A DNA stretch of 64,000 nt from positions 1,309 through 65,308 of the forward strand of contig MGTV01000029.1 of NCBI GenBank assembly GCA_001799635.1, written 5' to 3'. Numbering within the stretch: position 1 is the first letter of the stretch; each line of letters opens with the position of its first letter. The notes beneath the pieces were generated by a model that saw nothing but the letters and a program-made list of their open reading frames with translations, made no database searches and was not told the origin of the DNA. Source of the stretch: Elusimicrobia bacterium GWA2_62_23. Lineage in GTDB: Bacteria; Elusimicrobiota; Elusimicrobia; Elusimicrobiales; UBA9959. A program made the translations under genes and the position numbers. Positions 18,888-27,706 of the stretch are shown in pieces.

Positions 18888-19265
18888 TCAGCCGCCGGTA
18901 AGGCGCTTGACGGCCTCCAGGACCTCCTCGGGTCTCGCTACCTTGTTGAGGACTATCACGGAGGGGCCTTCGTGGATCTTCTTGGCGACTTCGTCGGGGG
19001 CCATGGATGAGTAGATGAGGAAGGGGACCTGGAAAGAGCCGGACATCATCTGCAGGCGCTCGTAAACGGCGAAGCCGCCGCCGGCCGGCATCATGATGTC
19101 GAGTACTATGAGGTCCGGTTTGATCTGCTTGGCCAGCATGAGCCCCTGTATCGCGTCCAGGGCGGCGAAAACCTGGTAGCCGGCCTTCTCGAACATCAGC
19201 TTCAGCAGGGCGTGGACCGTGCGGTCGTCGTCCACCACAAGGATCTTCTTTCTGGTCGCGTCCAT
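18888..19265 (-). CDS. Single-domain response regulator (CheY-like receiver)
   Basis: KILVVDDDRTVHALL...DLIVLDIMMPAGGG. Confidence 0.85.
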   Translation of the reverse strand: MDATRKKILVVDDDRTVHALLKLMFEKAGYQVFAALDAIQGLMLAKQIKPDLIVLDIMMPAGGGFAVYERLQMMSGSFQVPFLIYSSMAPDEVAKKIHEGPSVIVLNKVARPEEVLEAVKRLTGG

Positions 19266-19336
19266 TTCGTTAAAATAATATCAAATTTGCGGCCGCCGGC
19301 CCCGTATTTTATTTCCTATAAATTTTATAGATTCGG

Positions 19337-19342
19337 TATAAT
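19337..19342 (+). promoter_or_regulatory. -10 box TATAAT 8 nt upstream of the ATG at 19351 (possible leaderless start)
   Basis: TATAAT at 19337-19342, then TACCATAG, then ATG. No SD. Confidence 0.35.
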
Positions 19343-19350
19343 TACCATAG

Positions 19351-19617
19351 ATGCACAGCCGCATAAAACGCCTTGAAGAACTGGTGGCCGGCGCCTCGGA
19401 ACTGATAGCCCGCCTGAAGGAGGAGAACGTGGTTCTCCGCAAACAGGTGGAGCTGCTGACCGCCGCCCGCAACAAGGCCGCTTCCAATACCGCCGCAGCG
19501 CGCGAACTGGCGGATTTTAAGGCCAAAGTCCGCCGCCGCCTGGAGCGGATCTGCGCCAAAATAGAGAAGGCGAACGACCTGCAACCCGGTCTGTTCGAGG
19601 AAGAAGATGAGCAATAA
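19351..19617 (+). CDS. Coiled-coil protein, ZapB-like/DUF904-like (cell-division associated)
   Basis: 88-aa heptad-rich sequence immediately upstream of, and overlapping, zapA. Confidence 0.35.
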   Translation: MHSRIKRLEELVAGASELIARLKEENVVLRKQVELLTAARNKAASNTAAARELADFKAKVRRRLERICAKIEKANDLQPGLFEEEDEQ

Positions 19618-19906
19618 CGATTTTGAGGCCAAGGTGCGCGGCCGGACCATAAAGTTCCCCGCCGTGGACGGCCTGACCGAGCTGGAGCTGGGCGGCATCG
19701 TCGCGCAGGTCGAGGAGAAGATAAGCCAGATAGAGGAAAAGCTCAACGTGGTGGATACCTCCAAGCTGGCCATCCTGGCCGCCTACGCCTTCGCCGTGGA
19801 ACTCAACAATCTCAGGCAGAAGTCCGAGACCAACCGCGAGGCGGACTCCAGAAAAGTGGAGGAAATGGTCTCCATGCTGGAAAAAACGCTGGAGGACGGC
19901 AAGTAA
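19607..19906 (+). CDS. zapA: Cell division protein ZapA
   Basis: Architecture V-x-G-R-x-I-x-F, then a helical region AILAAYAFAVELNNL, comparable to ZapA. Confidence 0.7.
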   Translation: MSNNDFEAKVRGRTIKFPAVDGLTELELGGIVAQVEEKISQIEEKLNVVDTSKLAILAAYAFAVELNNLRQKSETNREADSRKVEEMVSMLEKTLEDGK

Positions 19907-19907
19907 G

Positions 19908-21239
19908 ATGCCTGACTCCCTTTTCGACGAAAAGCCGACGGCTCCGGAACAGGAGGGCGGCCCCGCCTATAAGCCGCTGGCCGCCCGGCTCGCGCCCAGG
20001 GAGATAACCGAGTTCTCCGGGCAGGAGGAGATCCTGGGCGAGGGCAAGCTGCTGCGCCGCGCCATAGAGGCCGACACCCTTAAATCCGCCGTGTTCTTCG
20101 GTCCGCCCGGCTGCGGCAAAACGGCCCTCGCCCGCTACATAGCCGGCCGCGCCAACGCCAAGACCTTCGAGCTCAACGCCGTGATGGCCGGCGTGCCCGA
20201 CCTGCGCAAGATCATAGAGTACTCCAAAGGCCTGGGGGCGGGCCTGGCGCGGAGCCAGCGCGTGCTGCTGGTGCTGGACGAGATCCACCATTTCAACCGC
20301 ACCCAGCAGGACGTGCTGCTGCCCTCCGTGGAGAAGGGCGAGATCATCCTGATAGGCATGACCACGGAGAACCCGTTCTTCTACATCAACCAGGCCCTGC
20401 TGTCGCGCTTCATCGTGGTGGAGTTCAAGCCGTTGCAGGCCGCGCACCTTTCGGACATCTTCGACCGGGCCGTCACGCACCCGGAAGGGCTACTCAACCT
20501 TAAGCCCGAGGTCACTCCCGGGGCGAAAAAATATCTGATAGATAATTCCTCCGGCGACGCCCGCCGCCTGCTCAACGCGCTGGAGCTGGCCGCCGTCACC
20601 ACCAAGCCCGGGGCGGACGGCGTGCGCCGCATAGACGAGGCCGTGGCCCGCGAGAGCATACAGCGCAGGAGCCTCCGCTACGACCGCAGCTCCGACGAGC
20701 ATTACGACCATATCTCCGCTTTCATCAAGAGCATGCGCGGTTCCGACCCGGACGCCGCGGTCTACTGGCTCGCGAAGATGCTGGAGGCCGGCGAGGACCC
20801 CAGGTTCGTCGCGCGGCGCATCCTCATCTGCGCCTCGGAGGACGTGGGCAACGCCAACCCCATGGCGCTGGTCACGGCGCAGGCCGCTTTCAGCGCCGCG
20901 GAGGTCTTGGGCATGCCCGAGGCGCGCATAGTCCTGGCGCAGGCGGCCATCTACGTGGCCTGCTCGCCCAAGTCCAACGCTTCCTATCTGGCCGTGAACG
21001 CCGCCCAGGCCGAGGTGAAGAGCGGCACGGAGCGGCCGGTGCCGCTGCACCTGCGCGACGGCTCCAAGGACGGCGCGGCGCTGGGGCACGGCCGCGGCTA
21101 CAAGTACCCGCACGATTTCGAGAACCACTACGTCAGGCAGGAATACATGCCGGCCCCTGAAAAGTTCTACGAGCCTACCGACCAGGGTTTCGAGGCCGAG
21201 ATAGGCAAGCGCCTCAAGCGGCTGCGCGGGGAGAAATGA
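19908..21239 (+). CDS. rarA: Replication-associated recombination protein A (AAA+ ATPase)
   Basis: FFGPPGCGKTALA, LLVLDEIHHFNRTQQD, C-terminal MgsA domain DPDAAVYWLAKMLEAGEDPRF. Confidence 0.9.
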   Translation: MPDSLFDEKPTAPEQEGGPAYKPLAARLAPREITEFSGQEEILGEGKLLRRAIEADTLKSAVFFGPPGCGKTALARYIAGRANAKTFELNAVMAGVPDLRKIIEYSKGLGAGLARSQRVLLVLDEIHHFNRTQQDVLLPSVEKGEIILIGMTTENPFFYINQALLSRFIVVEFKPLQAAHLSDIFDRAVTHPEGLLNLKPEVTPGAKKYLIDNSSGDARRLLNALELAAVTTKPGADGVRRIDEAVARESIQRRSLRYDRSSDEHYDHISAFIKSMRGSDPDAAVYWLAKMLEAGEDPRFVARRILICASEDVGNANPMALVTAQAAFSAAEVLGMPEARIVLAQAAIYVACSPKSNASYLAVNAAQAEVKSGTERPVPLHLRDGSKDGAALGHGRGYKYPHDFENHYVRQEYMPAPEKFYEPTDQGFEAEIGKRLKRLRGEK

Positions 21240-22504
21240 CGGAACCAAGGATCTACACGGTCAGCGAGCTCAGCGGGGGCATCAAGTACCTGCTCGAGAC
21301 CAATTTCCGCGAGCTGTGGGTGGAGGGGGAGATCTCCGGCCTCAAGGTCTCGTCGCTCGGCCATACCTATTTCGACCTGAAGGACGCCAATTCCAATATC
21401 TCCGGCGTGCTGTTCCGCGGCTTCGCGCAGGGGCTGAAGTTCGACCTGCAGAACGGCCTGCTGGTGCGGGTGCGCGGCAATATCACCACTTACGACAAAC
21501 AGAGCAAGTACCAGCTGATGGCCAAGGAGGTGCAGCCGGCCGGCATTGGTCCGCTGCAGTTGGCCTTCGAGCAGCTCAAGAAAAAGCTCCAGGCCGAGGG
21601 CCTGTTCGACCCTGCGCGCAAACGCCCCATCCCGGCCCTGCCGCAGAAGATAGCGGTGGTAACTTCTCCGACGGGCGCGGCCATAAGGGACATCCTCTCC
21701 ATTCTCAAGCGGCGCTACACCAACATGCACATCATCGTGGCGCCGGTGAAGGTGCAGGGGGCAGGTTCCAAAGAGGAGATCGCCCAGGCCATAAAGGACC
21801 TCAACGAGGGCTTCCCGGACATAGACGTGATGCTGGTCGGGCGCGGCGGCGGGTCCATGGAGGACCTGTGGGCCTTCAACGAGGAGATAGTGGCCCGCGC
21901 CATAGCCGGCTCCAAAATACCGGTGATCTCCTGCGTTGGCCACGAGACCGATTTCACGATAGCCGACTTCGTCGCGGACCTGCGCGCCCCGACGCCGAGC
22001 GCGGCGGCCGAACTGGTGGTAAAGAGCAAGGTGGAGCTGGCGGCGCAGATAGCCGGGCTGGAGAAGCGGCTGCTGCAGAGCCTGCGCATCTATTACGAGA
22101 ACCTGCAGGGCAAGTTCCACCGCCTGGTCTCCAGCCGGCCCATGCAGAACCCGCTGGTTCTGCTGGAGCGGCCGCTGCGGCGCCTGGACGACGCCGTGGA
22201 GGGTATGGTGGCCGCTTCCGCCGACCGGCTGCGCCGCGCGGCGGAAAAACTGAATTTGCAGAGCGAAAAACTGAAAGCGCTGAGCCCGCTCTTCCCGCTG
22301 AAGAAAGGCTACGCCATAGTCAAGGACGCGCGGGGCAAGGCCGTGAAGACGGCGGCGGTCCTGGCTCCGGGCGACCGGCTGAACCTGCAGTTCGCGGAAG
22401 GCAGGGCCGAGGCGGAAGTGGTGGACGGCGGCGGCACGGCGGACAAGCCGCGGCCGGCTAAAAAAGCCGCGGAGAAGGGCGGCCAACAGGAGACTTTATG
22501 GTGA
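21236..22504 (+). CDS. xseA: Exodeoxyribonuclease VII large subunit
   Basis: YTVSELSGGIKYLLE...WVEGEISG, VVTSPTGAAIRDI, GRGGGSMEDLWAFN. Confidence 0.9.
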   Translation: MTEPRIYTVSELSGGIKYLLETNFRELWVEGEISGLKVSSLGHTYFDLKDANSNISGVLFRGFAQGLKFDLQNGLLVRVRGNITTYDKQSKYQLMAKEVQPAGIGPLQLAFEQLKKKLQAEGLFDPARKRPIPALPQKIAVVTSPTGAAIRDILSILKRRYTNMHIIVAPVKVQGAGSKEEIAQAIKDLNEGFPDIDVMLVGRGGGSMEDLWAFNEEIVARAIAGSKIPVISCVGHETDFTIADFVADLRAPTPSAAAELVVKSKVELAAQIAGLEKRLLQSLRIYYENLQGKFHRLVSSRPMQNPLVLLERPLRRLDDAVEGMVAASADRLRRAAEKLNLQSEKLKALSPLFPLKKGYAIVKDARGKAVKTAAVLAPGDRLNLQFAEGRAEAEVVDGGGTADKPRPAKKAAEKGGQQETLW

Positions 22505-22743
22505 AAAAAACTACCGGCGGTTTCGAGGAAAAGCTGGCCAAGCTCGAAGAGATAGTGGCCAAGCTCGAGGACGAGGGCACCCCCATAGAGGAATCCCTTT
22601 CCCTGTTCGAGGAAGGCGTGGGCATCTCCAAAGAGCTGTCCGTAAAGCTCGAAGAGGTGAAGCGCAAGATAGAAGTGCTGCGCAAGGACGCCGAGGGCAA
22701 ACTGAAACTCGAGGAATTCGAGGACGAAGACCGGGAGAAATAA
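22498..22743 (+). CDS. xseB: Exodeoxyribonuclease VII small subunit
   Basis: FEEKLAKLEEIVAKLEDEGTPIEESLSLFEEG. Confidence 0.85.
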   Translation: MVKKTTGGFEEKLAKLEEIVAKLEDEGTPIEESLSLFEEGVGISKELSVKLEEVKRKIEVLRKDAEGKLKLEEFEDEDREK

Positions 22744-22750
22744 ACGCCGG

Positions 22751-23488
22751 ATGAAAAAAAAACGCCTGGACGTAGCCTGCGTGGAGCGGGGCCTTTTCGA
22801 AAGCCGTGAAAAGGCCCTGCGCGCCATCATGGCCGGGCTGGTCACCGTCAACGGCCGCGCGGCCGATAAGGCCGGGCAGGCCGTGCGCGAGGACGACGCC
22901 CTGGAGCTGGTAAAGAACGACTGCCCCTACGTGTCCCGCGGCGGCCTGAAGCTGAAGGGCGCGCTGGACGCTTTCAAGGTCTCGCCAGCCGGCAAGGTCT
23001 GCCTGGACGTGGGCGTGGCCACCGGCGGCTTCACGGACTGCTTCCTGCAGGCCGGGGCGCTTAAGGTCTACGCTGTGGACGTGGGCGAAGGCCAGATCCA
23101 CGAACGCATCAAGAACGATCCACGGGTGGCCTTCATGCCGCAGACCAACGCCAGGTTCCTCAAGCCGGAATTGTTCCCCGAGCGGCCGGAACTCTGCGCC
23201 ATCGACGTGTCTTTCATTTCCCTTAAAATGATTCTGGGCCCCGTATTTTCCTCCATGGCCTCCGGCGGCGAGGTGCTGGCGCTGGTAAAGCCGCAGTTCG
23301 AGCTGCAGGCCGCCGACCTGCGGCGCGGGATCGTGAAGGACGAGCCTACCCGCCTCGGCGTGATGGACGGGATGCGGCGCTTCCTTAAGGAAAGCCTGCC
23401 CGGCGTGAAAGAGCTGGGGCTGGCGGACTCGCCTATAAAAGGCGCGAAAGGCAACCTGGAATTCCTGTGGCACCTGAAAAAGAAATAA
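22751..23488 (+). CDS. tlyA: TlyA-family rRNA (cytidine-2'-O)-methyltransferase
   Basis: S4 domain RLDVACVERGLFESREKA; YVSRGGLKLKGALDAF; LDVGVATGGFTDCFLQ. Confidence 0.85.
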   Translation: MKKKRLDVACVERGLFESREKALRAIMAGLVTVNGRAADKAGQAVREDDALELVKNDCPYVSRGGLKLKGALDAFKVSPAGKVCLDVGVATGGFTDCFLQAGALKVYAVDVGEGQIHERIKNDPRVAFMPQTNARFLKPELFPERPELCAIDVSFISLKMILGPVFSSMASGGEVLALVKPQFELQAADLRRGIVKDEPTRLGVMDGMRRFLKESLPGVKELGLADSPIKGAKGNLEFLWHLKKK

Positions 23489-24630
23489 AAGCGGCCAGGC
23501 CCGGGCCCGCCTGCGTGGTCTGGGAACTTACCCTGGCCTGCAATCTGAAATGCCTGCACTGCGGCTCCACCGCCGGCGGCCGGCGTGACGCCGAGCTTTC
23601 CCCGGCCGAGGCTCTCGCCCTTTGCGAGGACCTGAAACGTTCCGGCGCGCGGGGCGTGGCGCTGATGGGCGGCGAGCCGCTGCTCCGGAAGGATTTTTTC
23701 GAAATAGCCGCCAGGGTGCGGGAGCTGGGCATGGAACTCTCGGTGATCACCAACGGCACCGTGCCGGGAGAAGAAGTTTTTGCGCGTCTGGCGGCGCTGG
23801 CGCCGCGGGCCGTGGCCGTGAGCCTGGACGCCGCCGACCCGGCCCTGCACGACAGGATACGCGGCGTGCCCGGGGCTTTCGCCAAGTCTTTTGCGTTCAT
23901 AGAACGCTGCCTGAAGGCTGGCCTGCCGGTCAGCGTCATTACCACCGTTCACAAGCTGAACCTTAAAGAACTGCCGGCCCTGCGCGACCTGCTGAAAGGG
24001 CGCGGCATAGCCTGGCAGGTGCAGACCGCCGGCGCCGAGGGCGGCCGTTTCTCCCGGGACCTGCTGCTGGACCGGGAGGAATTCTACTCGGTGGGGATGT
24101 TCGTGGAGGCCTGCCGGCGAACTTACGCGCCCGAGGTGCTGCCGGTGATAGGAGCGCATGACCTGGGCTACCATTCCCTGCTGCTTGACAATGTTTCGCT
24201 TTACGAAAAGTGGGAAGGCTGCCAGGCGGGCCTCTCGGTGGCCGGGATACGCAGCGACGGCGGGGTGATGGGCTGCCTGGCCATGAACGCCCCCGGGTTC
24301 GTGGAGGGGAACGTTCGTGAAAAAAGCTTCACGGAGATCTGGAACGCCGCCGGAGGTTTCGCCTATACCCGCTCTTTCACCGAGGACCAGGCCGGCCCGG
24401 AATGCGCGGGCTGCGAACACGCGCGTACCTGCGGCGGCGGCTGCAGCGAGATGTCGCTGATGAAGACCGGGCGCCTGCATAACGATCCTTATTGCTTCGC
24501 ACGGATAGAACGGGAACTCTTCCCGGAAGAGCTGCCGGGGCCGTTCGCGAGGGCCGCCCTTTCGGCCCGAGGCCGCGCCGCCGGGAAGTTGGCCAGGCTG
24601 GGCCGGTTCTTTTCCGGAAAACGCAGCTGA
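23467..24630 (+). CDS. Radical SAM enzyme with a full SPASM domain
   Basis: CNLKCLHC (CxxxCxxC); MGGEPLL. SPASM Cys pattern CQAGLSVAGIRSDGGVMGC ... CAGCEHARTCGGGC ... PYC. GTG start at 23467 overlaps tlyA; alternative GTG at 23514. Confidence 0.85.
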   Translation: MAPEKEIKAARPGPACVVWELTLACNLKCLHCGSTAGGRRDAELSPAEALALCEDLKRSGARGVALMGGEPLLRKDFFEIAARVRELGMELSVITNGTVPGEEVFARLAALAPRAVAVSLDAADPALHDRIRGVPGAFAKSFAFIERCLKAGLPVSVITTVHKLNLKELPALRDLLKGRGIAWQVQTAGAEGGRFSRDLLLDREEFYSVGMFVEACRRTYAPEVLPVIGAHDLGYHSLLLDNVSLYEKWEGCQAGLSVAGIRSDGGVMGCLAMNAPGFVEGNVREKSFTEIWNAAGGFAYTRSFTEDQAGPECAGCEHARTCGGGCSEMSLMKTGRLHNDPYCFARIERELFPEELPGPFARAALSARGRAAGKLARLGRFFSGKRS

Positions 24631-24649
24631 TTTTTCATAGAATATCCAC

Positions 24650-25489
24650 ATGCTGATAGTGGCGGGCTCTAAAGCGTACGATGAGGCCGACTGGCTGCTC
24701 TCCAACGGGGCGGCCGAGGTCTATTGCGGCGTGCCAGGCCTGCCCAACCACCGCGACGAGGACCAGTGCCTGAAGGACGACGGGGAGTTCGTGCGCATAG
24801 CGCGCATGGCCAAGGGCAAGGGGAAGCGGGCGCTGCTCGCCATCAACGAAGCCTGCTTCGAAGAGAACTACCCCGAAGTGGCCGCGCGGGTGAAGGCCAT
24901 CCTGAAGGCCTGCCGGGTGCCGGTCATCATCCGCGAACTGCCGCTGCTGCATTACCTGCGCAAGAGCGGCGTCAAAGCCGACTTCATCATAAGCAGCCTG
25001 TCGCTGGTCTTTAATTCCCGCGCGCTGGATTACTACAAGGACCTCGGCGTGAAGCGGGTGATATTGCCCTTCCACCTGATGCCCTACGAGGCGGGCCGGA
25101 TCATAGACAACCGCCTGGGGATGGAGACCGAGATCTTCTTCCACGCCGATTTCTGCTGCCCCAACATGGACCCGGCCTGCCGGCTCGACGGCTGGCTGAA
25201 GTCCTTCCAGGTTTGCCGCTTCCCGTACACCTGCGGCGGCGAGCCCTACCGCATGCCCGAGGCCAACGTGCCGCAGAAGCTGGACATGGTCTACGACGCT
25301 TTCCACGCCGGGATAAAGTACCTGAAGATCATCCGCGTCACCGATTTCGGCGACCAGCGGGAAGTGCTCAAAGAGGCCCGGGTGATGCTGGCCCTGCTGG
25401 AGAAAGGAGTTTCCCGGGAGGATTTTAGGAAGCTCGGCGAGAAACTGTATTTCTCCGTCTCGCGCCACGGCGCAAGGACCGGCCGATGA
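24650..25489 (+). CDS. UbiU-like peptidase-U32-family protein, paralog 1 (putative Fe-S subunit of an O2-independent hydroxylase)
   Basis: N-terminus resembles U32 (AGSKAYDEADWLLSNGAAEVYCG). Cys cluster FFHADFCCPNMDPACRL...CRFPYTC is a divergent form of the U32 signature. Clear paralog of 26190-27035. Confidence 0.55.
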   Translation: MLIVAGSKAYDEADWLLSNGAAEVYCGVPGLPNHRDEDQCLKDDGEFVRIARMAKGKGKRALLAINEACFEENYPEVAARVKAILKACRVPVIIRELPLLHYLRKSGVKADFIISSLSLVFNSRALDYYKDLGVKRVILPFHLMPYEAGRIIDNRLGMETEIFFHADFCCPNMDPACRLDGWLKSFQVCRFPYTCGGEPYRMPEANVPQKLDMVYDAFHAGIKYLKIIRVTDFGDQREVLKEARVMLALLEKGVSREDFRKLGEKLYFSVSRHGARTGR

Positions 25490-26193
25490 AAATCGAACGC
25501 GCCCTTCAACTGAGCGCTCCCGCCCTGCGGGCGGCCGCCCCCGGGGCCTTTAAGAAGGCCGGGCTACTTTATCTGGGCGACGAGTTCTGCCAGAACCTGG
25601 TGCCGTCCCCGGAAGATTTCGCCCTGGCGCTGGCGAAGTTCCCCGGCCGGGTGGCGCTGGTGACCCCGCTGTTGACGGACGCCGCTTTCGACAGCGTGGA
25701 GGAGATAATTAAGGCGCAGTCCTCGCCGCGCCGCCGCCTGGAGGTGGTGGTGAACGACCTGGGCCTGCTCCACACGCTCAAGACCCGTTACGCCCGGCGC
25801 GTGCTGGTCTCCCTGGGACGGGTGTTCGCGCACAGGGTGAAGGTGATGCCGCGCTCTTTCGCCGCCGGCTTCCTGAAGAAACACAACGTGAAGCGCGTGG
25901 AACTGGACGACCCGGCGCTGCTGCCGCGCTTCGAAGGCCTCGGCCTGAAAGTCTCTTTCCATACGCCTTTCCGCTACGTGTCCGTTACGCGGTTCTGTCC
26001 GTGGGAGCGGCACTGGCCCGCCGGCTGCGGCTACGCCTGCGAGGGGCGCGTAAAGGAATTGGAGCATCCCCGCCTGCCTGCGCCGCTGCTGCTCAAGGGC
26101 CAGGCCTACGGCCTGAAGACCGGCGCCCCGCCGCGCCACCCGGCCATAGACAGGCTGGTGCAGGAGCCGCTTCCCGCGGGGAGGCGCAAGTGA
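25486..26193 (+). CDS. UbiV-like peptidase-U32-family protein, paralog 1
   Basis: Cys at YLGDEFC (C35) and TRFCPWERHWPAGCGYAC (C171, C181, C185). The spacing mirrors the four Fe-S Cys of E. coli UbiV as I recall them. ATGA overlap with the upstream gene. Confidence 0.55.
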   Translation: MKIERALQLSAPALRAAAPGAFKKAGLLYLGDEFCQNLVPSPEDFALALAKFPGRVALVTPLLTDAAFDSVEEIIKAQSSPRRRLEVVVNDLGLLHTLKTRYARRVLVSLGRVFAHRVKVMPRSFAAGFLKKHNVKRVELDDPALLPRFEGLGLKVSFHTPFRYVSVTRFCPWERHWPAGCGYACEGRVKELEHPRLPAPLLLKGQAYGLKTGAPPRHPAIDRLVQEPLPAGRRK

Positions 26194-27035
26194 AGACCGT
26201 GGTGGGGGTGAAGACCTACGACGAGGCCGCCACTATGCTGCGCCTCGGGGCCGACGAACTTTACGGCGGACTCGCCGCGGTTCCCAATCACCGGTTGCCC
26301 GCCCAGTCTTTCCAGACCATGGACGAGATAAAGGCCGCCGTTAAACTGACCAGGAAGCTGGGGCGCCGTTTCTCGCTGCTGGTGAACCAGCCTTCCTTCG
26401 GGGCCAAGTCCCGTAAAACGCTGGCCGTGGCGCGGGAGCTGGACGAAGCGGGCCTTGGCGCCTGCATAGTGCGCGAAATACCCATGCTGGAAAGCCTCGC
26501 CGCCCTCGGCCTGAAGGCCCGGCTTACGGTCAGCAGTCTGGCGCTGTGTTTTAATCTGCCGGCCATGCGGCGCTATAAACAATTGGGAGCTTCGCGCGTG
26601 GTGCTGCCTTTCCAATTGCTCCCCGGTGAGGCGGCGCCGCTGATAAAGAACCGCTACGGCCTGGAGACCGAGGTCTTCTTTCACGCCGATTTCTGCTGCG
26701 CCAACATAGACCCCGCCTGCCGCCTCTGGAACCTGACGCACCGCGACCAGACCTGCCGCTTCTCCTACAAGGGCCCCGGCGGGCGCTGGCGCATGCCCGA
26801 GGCCAACGCCCGGGAGAAGATGCGGGCCGTGTACGGCTTCTACCACAGCGGGGCCCGGTACCTGAAGATCATCCGCATGAACGATTTCTCCGAGGAGCTG
26901 GAAGTCTTCAAATTCGCCCGGATCGTGGACAAGCTGCTCGCGAAAGGGCAGAGCGAAGAGGAATTCGCCCGGCTGGGGGAAAAACTTTATTTTACCGTGT
27001 CGCGGCACGCGAGGAGCGCATGGAAAAAGCGTTAG
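26190..27035 (+). CDS. UbiU-like peptidase-U32-family protein, paralog 2
   Basis: GTG start overlapping the upstream stop (GTGA). VFFHADFCCANIDPACRL...CRFSY; C-terminal half aligns residue-for-residue with 24650-25489 (RMPEAN, YLKIIR, LGEKLYF-VSRH). Confidence 0.55.
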   Translation: MKTVVGVKTYDEAATMLRLGADELYGGLAAVPNHRLPAQSFQTMDEIKAAVKLTRKLGRRFSLLVNQPSFGAKSRKTLAVARELDEAGLGACIVREIPMLESLAALGLKARLTVSSLALCFNLPAMRRYKQLGASRVVLPFQLLPGEAAPLIKNRYGLETEVFFHADFCCANIDPACRLWNLTHRDQTCRFSYKGPGGRWRMPEANAREKMRAVYGFYHSGARYLKIIRMNDFSEELEVFKFARIVDKLLAKGQSEEEFARLGEKLYFTVSRHARSAWKKR

Positions 27036-27706
27036 CCCTGGAAAACTGCTCGCCCGGGGCGCTGCGCAAGCTCCCCGCCGACTGCCGGGCGGTGGTCATA
27101 GGCTCCGAATTCTGTTCGGGGCTGCTGCCGTCGCCGGCCGAAGCCCGCGCGCTCCGGCGGAAGTCCCGGGGCCGGATAATACTGGCCACCACGCTGCTCA
27201 CCCAGGCCGCCCTGGAGAAAGTGAAGGAATTGATAAAAATAATTAATTCCGGCGGGCCGGCCGAGGTAGTGGCCAACGACCTGGGGCTGCTGGAAACGCT
27301 GCGCGCCGGCAGGAAGGCGCCGCCCGTAAGCTGCGGCCGCATCCTCGCGCACCGGGTAAAGATCATGCCGGAGGCTTATGCCAGGAACTTCCTGGCCCGC
27401 TACCGCGTCGCCGGGTTCGAGGTGGACGACGCCTCGATCATAAAGCGGCTGGCGCCTTACGGCCTGCCTTTCTCCTGGCATTACCCTTTCCGCTACGCCA
27501 CCGTCACCCGGTTCTGCCCCTGGGAGAACCGCTGGGCGGCCGGCTGCGCCCGCTCCTGCCTCGGGCGGGCCCGCAAATTGGTGAGCCCGCGGGTTCCCGG
27601 CCCGCTCTGGCTGCGCGGCTGCGCCTATTTCATACCCGGGCAGAAGCCGCGCCGGGACGCCGCCCGCAACGTCTATACGCCTCCGGCTGAAACGAATGAA
27701 GCTTAA
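27020..27706 (+). CDS. UbiV-like peptidase-U32-family protein, paralog 2
   Basis: VIGSEFC and TRFCPWENRWAAGCARSC. Paralog of 25486-26193. Overlaps both neighbours. Confidence 0.55.
   Translation: MEKALALENCSPGALRKLPADCRAVVIGSEFCSGLLPSPAEARALRRKSRGRIILATTLLTQAALEKVKELIKIINSGGPAEVVANDLGLLETLRAGRKAPPVSCGRILAHRVKIMPEAYARNFLARYRVAGFEVDDASIIKRLAPYGLPFSWHYPFRYATVTRFCPWENRWAAGCARSCLGRARKLVSPRVPGPLWLRGCAYFIPGQKPRRDAARNVYTPPAETNEA

Noticed and set aside
24650-27706. Annotating the four U32-like genes as collagenases/proteases
   Set aside because: The historical 'peptidase U32/collagenase' label is not supported by the features seen. The conserved Cys sets match the Fe-S-binding hydroxylase members (UbiU/UbiV, RlhA, TrhP), there are no signal peptides, and the genes are operonic with a radical-SAM enzyme and a methyltransferase.
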